A stretch of 64,000 nt of DNA, from the NCBI GenBank assembly GCA_036502765.1, contig DASXXX010000053.1, positions 172-64,171 of the forward strand, given 5' to 3'. The stretch comes from Acidimicrobiia bacterium. Its GTDB lineage: Bacteria > Actinomycetota > Acidimicrobiia > IMCC26256 > DASPTH01. Both the position numbers and the translations under genes were made by a program. The notes under the pieces were generated by a model, which saw nothing but the letters and a program-made list of their open reading frames with translations, was not told the origin of the DNA and searched no databases. Positions 57,816 through 64,000 of the stretch are shown piece after piece (position 1 is the first letter of the stretch; the number at the start of each line of letters is the position of its first letter).

Positions 57816-58694
57816 TCAGCGGATGTCGAGACGTTCGGCGCACGCCGCCATCTCGTCGAGGAACTTGCCACGCCGCGCCGCGTCGGGTCCACCCGCCATG
57901 TCGGTGAAGTCCTGGACGAGGGCCAGGCGGTCGACCCCGAGATCCTCGTAGCGACGCACGGTGTCGACGTCGATCGGCCCCGGGAGTGGCGAGATGATGA
58001 TCTCCAGCCGCCCGAGCTCGGCGGGACGGTCGACCTCGCCAGCGAGGCGGTCCAGCTCTTCGATCGCGGCTTTGGTGTTGTCGAGGTCCTGGAAGAACCC
58101 GTACCAGCCTTGGCAGCGTTCCACCGCCCGTCGGCGCGCGGCGGTGGCGAACCCGCTGGCGATGACTGGCGGACCTCCGGGCTGGACCGGTCGCGGCCGG
58201 CACTGGACACCGCCGAACGACGCGAACTCGCCCCGCAGTTCGGGCTGCTCGTCGAGCCACAGCGTGCGCAAGACGTCGATCCACTCGTCGGCGCGGCGGC
58301 CGCGGGTGTGGAACGGCACGCCGATGGCGTCGTACTCACCGGGCACGTAGCCCACGCCGATGCCGAACTCGAGGCGACCCTGCGAGAGCACGTCGATCGT
58401 CGCCAGCTCCTTGGCCAGGATGACCGGACTGCGCAGCGGCAGGATGACGATGCCGGTGCCGAGCTTGATGCGCGAGGTGACCGCGGCCGCGTACGCGAGC
58501 ACCGGGAGCGGGTCCATCATCTCGGACTCGGGCGGCAGCGGTGACGGCGGCGCCTGCGGATCGATGAGCACCGGGTGCTCGCCGACCCAGATGGAGTCGT
58601 ACCCGAGCGCCTCGGCGGTCCGCGCGACCGTCGCGACACCCTCGGCGTCGGCGAGCGCGCCGGAACCGATGCCGAACCAACCGATCGGGAGCAT
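57816..58694 (-). CDS. LLM-class F420-dependent oxidoreductase
   Basis: 292 aa. AEALGYDSIWVGEH, LGTGIVILPLRSPV and GRLEFGIGVGY are luciferase-like monooxygenase motifs. Confidence 0.85.
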   Translation of the reverse strand: MLPIGWFGIGSGALADAEGVATVARTAEALGYDSIWVGEHPVLIDPQAPPSPLPPESEMMDPLPVLAYAAAVTSRIKLGTGIVILPLRSPVILAKELATIDVLSQGRLEFGIGVGYVPGEYDAIGVPFHTRGRRADEWIDVLRTLWLDEQPELRGEFASFGGVQCRPRPVQPGGPPVIASGFATAARRRAVERCQGWYGFFQDLDNTKAAIEELDRLAGEVDRPAELGRLEIIISPLPGPIDVDTVRRYEDLGVDRLALVQDFTDMAGGPDAARRGKFLDEMAACAERLDIR

Positions 58695-58698
58695 GGGG

Positions 58699-58989
58699 CT
58701 ACGCGGTCTGGACGCGACGCTGGCGCCGGGCTTGCGCGCTCCCGACGTGCGTCATCAGGTCGACGACGAACGCGAGGATGACGATGAACCACCCGAAGCC
58801 GGTCACGCCCTTGATCGGCGCGTAGGCGATCGCCCAGGCGAGCGTCGTCCACGGCAGGAAGATGAACCCGAGGAATCCCCACCAGAACGAGTCGAACGCG
58901 ATGCTCATCCGGTCGGTGAAGAGCCAGATGAAGAAGACCGCCAACCGCGGCGAGATGAACGCCGCCAACGCCACGATGCACCCGCACAT
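58699..58989 (-). CDS. small membrane protein, hypothetical
   Basis: Last 96 codons of ORF 58699..59592. Three hydrophobic Trp/Phe-rich spans (FFIWLF..., FWWGFLGFIFLPW..., FGWFIVILAFVV). Confidence 0.5.
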   Translation of the reverse strand: MCGCIVALAAFISPRLAVFFIWLFTDRMSIAFDSFWWGFLGFIFLPWTTLAWAIAYAPIKGVTGFGWFIVILAFVVDLMTHVGSAQARRQRRVQTA

Positions 58990-59052
58990 GGCCGGGACAC
59001 TACGCGAGTCGACGGCAGGCGCGCTCGGAGCCCGGTGACGTACGGTCGGGCG

Positions 59053-59829
59053 ATGGACGCAGTGTTCGATCACACAGGTGAGGTCGCGGTGGTCACCGGC
59101 GGCGGGACGGGCATCGGCGCCGCCACCGCGCTGCTGTTCGCGCAGCACGGGGCCGACGTGGTGCTCGCCAGCCGCAAGGTCGAGAACCTGGAGCGCATCG
59201 CCGCCCAGGTGGAGGCGGAGACCGGTCGGCGCGCGCACGTCGTCGCCACCGACGTGCGCGACGTGGAGCAGTGCGAGCACCTGATCGACGAGTCGCTCGA
59301 GACGTTCGGTCGCGTCGACGTGCTGGTGAACAACGCGGGCGGGAGCCACTCCTACGCGTTCGAAGACTGGAACGCCGATCGCTTCCAGAACATGATCGAC
59401 CTCAACCTCAAGAGCGCGTTCGTGCTCTCGCAGCGGGTCGCACCCCACATGCGGGAGCGCGGGAGCGGCTCGATCGTGAACATCTCGTCGGGTGCTGCGG
59501 TGTCGGCACTGCCGATCCACACCGCGTACGGCGCGGCCAAGGCCGGGCTCGAGAACCTCACCCAGAACTTCGCCGCCGCGCTCGCGCCGCACGGGATCCG
59601 GGTGAACTGCGTGCGGGTCGGCGCGATCAAGTCGGAGGGCTTCCTCCGCGCCATGGACGGGCTGGGGATCGACCCCGACGAGATGGGCGGTCGCGCCGCG
59701 GGGTTGGGGCGGGCGGGGATGCCCGACGAGATCGCGTGGCCGGTGCTGTTCCTGGCGTCGGCGGCGTCGAGCTACGTGTCGGGTCAGACCCTCTACGTCG
59801 GTGGCGGTCCGAAGGACATCACCGCCTGA
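59053..59829 (+). CDS. SDR-family oxidoreductase
   Basis: Last 258 codons of ORF 58360..59829. TGGGTGIGAA, NNAG, YGAAKAGL (YxxxK). Confidence 0.9.
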   Translation: MDAVFDHTGEVAVVTGGGTGIGAATALLFAQHGADVVLASRKVENLERIAAQVEAETGRRAHVVATDVRDVEQCEHLIDESLETFGRVDVLVNNAGGSHSYAFEDWNADRFQNMIDLNLKSAFVLSQRVAPHMRERGSGSIVNISSGAAVSALPIHTAYGAAKAGLENLTQNFAAALAPHGIRVNCVRVGAIKSEGFLRAMDGLGIDPDEMGGRAAGLGRAGMPDEIAWPVLFLASAASSYVSGQTLYVGGGPKDITA

Positions 59830-60485
59830 TGGCGGAGCGCGCGATCGGCATCGTCGGTGTCGCGTACGGCGACATGACCCTCGACGAGATGGCCCGGCGC
59901 TCTGCGGAGCTCGGGTTCGACCATCTCGACGCCGCGATCCACCTGCTCGACGGACTCGACGACGAGTCGATCGAGGCGCTGGCGGTCCCGATCGCCGATC
60001 GCATCAGTGGCTTCGAGCCCGTCGACGGCTGCACGTTCGTCGCACCGTTCGAGCGTCGGGGTGAGGATCGCTTCGACGAGACGGTCGCGTTGATGCGCGC
60101 GCACCCGACGACGCGCCTCGAACCCGGACCGCGCACGAGCGCCGGGAGCATCGAGAAGATCGAGGCGCTCGTGGCCGCCGTTCCCGGGTTGCGCTTCACC
60201 ATCGACACCGGTCACGTGGCCACCTGGGGCGAGGATCCGGTGGCGGTGTTGCGGTACGCCGACCACGTGCAGCTCCGCCAGGCGGCGAAGGGCGATCCCC
60301 AACGACACGCCGACGCCGGCGGCGACGTCGACTTCGCCGCGGTGCTCGCCGAGCTCGACCGCATCGACTACCGGGGTCAGATCAGCATCGAGTACTTCGA
60401 CCTGGCCGACATGGGCTGGCCGCTCGACGACCCCGTCGGCCACTGCGTCGCGCTCGCGACCCACGTCCGCGCGCTCATGCGCTGA
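59829..60485 (+). CDS. sugar phosphate isomerase/epimerase (xylose isomerase-like TIM barrel) family protein
   Basis: Last 218 codons of ORF 59271..60485. The start overlaps the SDR stop (TGATG). FTIDTGHV and YRGQISIEY resemble AP_endonuc_2 family blocks. Confidence 0.65.
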   Translation: MAERAIGIVGVAYGDMTLDEMARRSAELGFDHLDAAIHLLDGLDDESIEALAVPIADRISGFEPVDGCTFVAPFERRGEDRFDETVALMRAHPTTRLEPGPRTSAGSIEKIEALVAAVPGLRFTIDTGHVATWGEDPVAVLRYADHVQLRQAAKGDPQRHADAGGDVDFAAVLAELDRIDYRGQISIEYFDLADMGWPLDDPVGHCVALATHVRALMR

Positions 60486-60539
60486 TTCACTGCCCCGCTG
60501 ACAACCGTGGAGGTAGCCAGCGGGACAATGAATCGTCGT

Positions 60540-61007
60540 TCAGGTCGTCGCCGCGGCCGCGAGCTGGGTGAGGCCCTTGTCGAAGTCCTTGCCCACCATC
60601 TTGTCCATGCTCATGAACACGCCCATGAAGCGGGTCATGAAGGTCTTGGGGCCGACCATGCGCCAGGTGACCTCGGTGGCGCCGTCGCGCTCGACGAGCT
60701 CGAACGTCGTCGTGCTGCTCGACTTGAACGGCTTCAGGAACTGCAACGCGATCTGGACCTTCGACGACTCCACTGCGTCGGTGATCTCCATTCGTCCGGC
60801 ACCGGTCTTGCGGTCGCCCACCCACTCGTAGACCGCGCCGACCCCGGCGTCGGGCCCGGAGTAGGTGCGGCTCATCGCGGGATCGATGTCCTCCCACGGC
60901 GACCACTCCCGCCACCGGTGGAAGTCGACCAACAGCGCGTACACCGCCGCGCGACTCGCCGGAATGGTCACTTCCCGCTTCACCTCGAACTCACCCGTGG
61001 CCGCCAT
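60540..61007 (-). CDS. SRPBCC-family (polyketide cyclase/dehydrase-like) protein
   Basis: Last 155 codons of ORF 60540..61355. The pattern EVKREVTIPASRAAVYALLVDFHRWREWSPW is typical of SRPBCC proteins. Confidence 0.75.
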   Translation of the reverse strand: MAATGEFEVKREVTIPASRAAVYALLVDFHRWREWSPWEDIDPAMSRTYSGPDAGVGAVYEWVGDRKTGAGRMEITDAVESSKVQIALQFLKPFKSSSTTTFELVERDGATEVTWRMVGPKTFMTRFMGVFMSMDKMVGKDFDKGLTQLAAAATT

Positions 61008-61018
61008 CGGCCCCCTCC

Positions 61019-61780
61019 TCAGCGTCGATCTTCCAGGAACGGATACTTGCCGCGCACCTCGGCCACCTCGTCGGCGGTCACGTCGTGGAGGAGGATCTCC
61101 TCCCCCGCCGCGTCCGACGCCTCGAGCGTGCGTCCGAACGGCAGCACGATCGCACTGTCGCCCGCGTACTCGAGTCCGCCGCCGCTCCCCACGCGGTTGA
61201 CGCCCACCACGAACGCCTGGTTCTCGATCGCCCGCGCTCGCAGGAGCGTGCGCCAGTGGTCGCGGCGGGGCGCGGGCCAGTTGGCCACCACCACGTAGCA
61301 GTCGGTGTCGCGGGCGACGGCCCAGAACTCGTCGGCGAAGCGGAGGTCGTAACACACGAACAACGAGCAGCGGACGCCCTCGACGTCGACGGTCACGCGC
61401 TCGGTCCCCGCCGCGTACTTCTCGTGCTCGCCGCCGTAGCTGAACGGGTGGATCTTGCGGTAGCGCGTGAGCGCGCCGTCGGGCGCCGCGAGCAGCAACG
61501 TGTTCGACGGCAGTGAGTCACCGGGCTGCACCTCGGGCGCGGACCCGCACACCCACACGCCGCGCCGGGTGGCCTGGGACACGAGGAACTCCGCGCTCGG
61601 ACCGTCGAACGGTTCGGCGATGCGCTCGGTGTCCATGGAGAAGCCGGTCGAGAACATCTCGGAGAGCACCACGAGCTGCGCGCGCTGTTGCGCTGCGTCA
61701 CCGATCAGACCGTCGAGGTGCGCGAAGTTCGCGTCGCGGTCCTCCCACACGATGTCGTGCTGCACCGCCGCGACTCTCAC
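61019..61780 (-). CDS. carbon-nitrogen hydrolase family protein (omega-amidase/nitrilase superfamily)
   Basis: GTG start overlapping the aminotransferase stop (GTGA). VRVAAVQHDIVWED, LVVLSEMFSTGF (Glu), YRKIH (Lys), SLFVCYDLRF (Cys) form the catalytic E-K-C triad context. Confidence 0.85.
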   Translation of the reverse strand: MRVAAVQHDIVWEDRDANFAHLDGLIGDAAQQRAQLVVLSEMFSTGFSMDTERIAEPFDGPSAEFLVSQATRRGVWVCGSAPEVQPGDSLPSNTLLLAAPDGALTRYRKIHPFSYGGEHEKYAAGTERVTVDVEGVRCSLFVCYDLRFADEFWAVARDTDCYVVVANWPAPRRDHWRTLLRARAIENQAFVVGVNRVGSGGGLEYAGDSAIVLPFGRTLEASDAAGEEILLHDVTADEVAEVRGKYPFLEDRR

Positions 61781-62946
61781 GCGGTCAGCTTCTGCAGTCG
61801 GTCGGCGGCTTCGTCGATGACGTCGAGTCGCTTGCAGCACGCGAATCTCACGAGCGGATTCCCTGCGACCTTGTCGTCGTAGAAGGCCACGCTGGGGACA
61901 GCGACGACACCACACCGGGACGGCATCGAACGGCAGAACGCGAGGCCGTCGGTCTCGCCGAGACTGCGGATGTCGGCGCTGACGAAGTACGTGCCGGCCG
62001 AGGGCAGCACGGTGAACCCGGCCGCCGCGAGACCGGCGGACAACCGGTCGCGCTTCTCCTCGAGCGCCGCGGCCAACCGCCGGAACACGGAGCCGGGCAG
62101 GTCGAGGCCCGCAGCGATGCCGAACTGGAACGGACCACCGTTCACGTAGGTGAGGAACTGCTTGACCGTCTTCACCGCGTTGACGAGGTCGGGCGGCGCG
62201 CAGAGCCAGCCGATCTTCCAGCCGGTGCACGAGAACGTCTTGCCGCCCGACGAGATCGTGATCGTGCGCTCGCGCATGCCGGGCATGGTGGCGAGCGGTA
62301 CGTGACGGCCGTCGAACACGAGGTGCTCGTACACCTCGTCGGTGATCGCGACGAGGTCGTGCTCCACGCACAGCTGCGCGATCAGCTCGAGCTCCTCGAC
62401 CGAGAACACCTTGCCGGTCGGGTTGTGCGGCGAGTTGAGCAGCAGCACGCGCGTGTTCGGCGTGATCGCTCGCTCCAACGCGGCGGCGTCGAACGACCAG
62501 TCGGGCGTGCGCAATTGCACCACGCGTCGTTGCGCGCCCGCGAGCGCGATGCAGGCGGCGTAGGAGTCGTAGTAGGGCTCGAAGGTGACGACGTCGCTGC
62601 CCGGTTCGCACAGCGCCAACAGTGCGGCGGCGATGGCTTCGGTCGCGCCCGCGGTGACGAGCACCTCGGAGACGGGGTCGAACTCGAGCGAGTACCACCT
62701 CGCATGGTGCGCGGCGATCGCGTGACGGAGCTCGGGGATGCCGATGCCGGGCGGGTACTGGTTGTGACCGTCGCGGATCGCGGCGACGGCAGCGTCGAGC
62801 ACCTCGGCGGGACCGTCCTCGTCGGGGAAGCCCTGGCCGAGGTTGATCGATCCGGTGGCAACGGCGAGCGCCGACATCTCGGCGAAGATCGTGGTGCCGA
62901 AGCCCTGCATGCGTTCGACCAGGTACGGCGATTCGGGTTCGGTCAT
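61777..62946 (-). CDS. class I/II PLP-dependent aminotransferase (YbdL/KAT/DapC-like)
   Basis: 389 aa. INLGQGFPD, NSPHNPTG and SSGGKTFSCTGWKIGW (PLP Lys) are typical of the methionine/kynurenine aminotransferase subgroup. Confidence 0.9.
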   Translation of the reverse strand: MTEPESPYLVERMQGFGTTIFAEMSALAVATGSINLGQGFPDEDGPAEVLDAAVAAIRDGHNQYPPGIGIPELRHAIAAHHARWYSLEFDPVSEVLVTAGATEAIAAALLALCEPGSDVVTFEPYYDSYAACIALAGAQRRVVQLRTPDWSFDAAALERAITPNTRVLLLNSPHNPTGKVFSVEELELIAQLCVEHDLVAITDEVYEHLVFDGRHVPLATMPGMRERTITISSGGKTFSCTGWKIGWLCAPPDLVNAVKTVKQFLTYVNGGPFQFGIAAGLDLPGSVFRRLAAALEEKRDRLSAGLAAAGFTVLPSAGTYFVSADIRSLGETDGLAFCRSMPSRCGVVAVPSVAFYDDKVAGNPLVRFACCKRLDVIDEAADRLQKLTA

Positions 62947-62948
62947 GG

Positions 62949-63350
62949 TCAGCCCGCGACGAAGCTCAGGCGCACGTTGCGGCGCGGGTTGTCGCGGTTG
63001 AGGTCGACGAACACGACGCTCTGCCAGACGCCGAGCATCGGTTCGCCCTCGTGCACCGGCAGCACGACGCTCGGCGCGACGATCGCGGGAAGCACGTGAT
63101 CGGCCCCGTGGCCGGGCGAACCGTGCGCGTGGCGGTAGCGGTCGTCGCGCGGCAGGAGCCGTTCGAGCGTGTCGACGAGGTCTTCGTCGGAGCGTGCGCC
63201 GGTCTCGATGACGGCGATGCCTGCGGTTGCGTGCGGCGCGAACACGTTGACGAGTCCGTCGCCTCGGGTGCGGCAGAAGGCGCGCACGTCGGCGGTGAGG
63301 TCGACGATCCGGTCGCGCGAGGTGTCGACGTCGAGCACCGTCGTGTCCAT
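62949..63350 (-). CDS. yjbQ: YjbQ/UPF0047 family protein (secondary thiamine-phosphate synthase)
   Basis: 133 aa. FAPHATAGIAVIE and HGSPGHGADHV are motifs characteristic of UPF0047. Confidence 0.85.
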   Translation of the reverse strand: MDTTVLDVDTSRDRIVDLTADVRAFCRTRGDGLVNVFAPHATAGIAVIETGARSDEDLVDTLERLLPRDDRYRHAHGSPGHGADHVLPAIVAPSVVLPVHEGEPMLGVWQSVVFVDLNRDNPRRNVRLSFVAG

Positions 63351-63391
63351 AGAACCCAGCCTAAGAGGTCGGCCGTCCGCCGGCTTGCCCG

Positions 63392-64000
63392 TCAGCCGGC
63401 GTCGACGAGCCAGCCGAAGCCGTTGTCACGCAGCGCTTCGGACATGCGCGCGGTGAGCGTGGGGAGCGAATTGGTGAGGAGGATGATGCCGAAGACCGCG
63501 AGGATCGCCGCCGAGACGAGCGTGATCGCGCGGGAGTGGCGCTTGAACCACGCGAGCGTGCGGGTGAGCTTGCCCATCGCGAGCCCGACCGCGAGGAACG
63601 AGACGCCGAGCCCGAACGAGTACGCGACCAGCAGGACGGTGGAACGGGCCAGGCTCTCGCCGCGGGCCGCGAACCCGAGCACGCTGCCGAGGATGGGCCC
63701 GATGCACGGCGTCCAGCCCAGACCGAAGGCGACGCCCGCGACCGGCGCCGCGACCGGCCCGAAGCGGTCGAGGTGCGGCTGCCACCGGAACTCCTGGTAG
63801 AGGCGGGGCGTGGTGAGCAACTGCGAACCCGCGAGGTAGCAGGCCATCAGCAGCACGAGGCCGCCGGAGATGCGGGTGAGCGTCTCCTGGTTGCGGAACA
63901 GCGCGCTGCCGGCGGCGGTCGTGATGAGCCCGAGCAGCACGAACACGACGGTGAACCCGAGGACGAACAGCCCGGTGTTCACCGCGATGCGCTTCAGGTA
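63392..64000 (-). CDS. ccdA: cytochrome c biogenesis protein CcdA / DsbD-family transmembrane thiol-disulfide transporter (N-terminus beyond window)
   Basis: The frame stays open to base 64000. Multi-TM protein with [13 protein letters not shown] (conserved Cys-Pro motif of CcdA/DsbD). Confidence 0.8.
   Translation of the reverse strand, partial: YLKRIAVNTGLFVLGFTVVFVLLGLITTAAGSALFRNQETLTRISGGLVLLMACYLAGSQLLTTPRLYQEFRWQPHLDRFGPVAAPVAGVAFGLGWTPCIGPILGSVLGFAARGESLARSTVLLVAYSFGLGVSFLAVGLAMGKLTRTLAWFKRHSRAITLVSAAILAVFGIILLTNSLPTLTARMSEALRDNGFGWLVDAG

Overview
High-GC, actinobacterial-type chromosomal segment, densely packed with ordinary metabolic, transport and regulatory genes: amidohydrolases, aldo/keto reductases, SDRs, alpha/beta hydrolases, IlvA, NAD-dependent formate dehydrogenase, an F420/LLM oxidoreductase, TetR and LysR regulators, an MFS exporter, and two ABC-2 exporters next to a HisKA_3/NarL two-component system. 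Many long ORFs in the six-frame track are GC-driven shadow frames or N-terminal over-extensions. I trimmed starts using motifs, RBS-like GGAGG boxes and stop/start overlaps.

The outstanding feature is a ~20 kb integrated element at 31763..51747, inserted in an initiator-type tRNA-Met (CAT) gene.
- **Boundaries:** an exact 47-nt direct repeat. The left copy is a displaced tRNA 3' fragment; the right copy lies inside the intact tRNA at 51701..51777.
- **Mobility genes:** a tyrosine integrase, two excisionase-type HTH genes and a MobF/TrwC relaxase-helicase. I saw no T4SS or FtsK-type transfer genes, so it looks mobilizable rather than conjugative.
- **Cargo:** a Fic enzyme with a coupled small partner, an HTH-Res-Mod type III-like restriction-modification operon, a DUF433/PIN-like toxin-antitoxin pair, a Dyp-type peroxidase and a DUF3892 protein.
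- **Best candidate for an undescribed system:** a tightly overlapping four-gene cassette at 44511..49007, consisting of a MazF/PemK-like protein, a sigma70-like protein, a protein with a ZAS anti-sigma motif, and a 582-aa Rad50/SbcC-like ATPase with a central CPVC hook.
- **Non-coding structure:** an iteron-like array of about nine GGGAGTGATC repeats between the divergent HTH genes, and identical 29-bp palindromic boxes just inside both ends.

No rRNA genes or CRISPR arrays were seen. All functional calls come from by-eye motif and family recognition, not from database searches.
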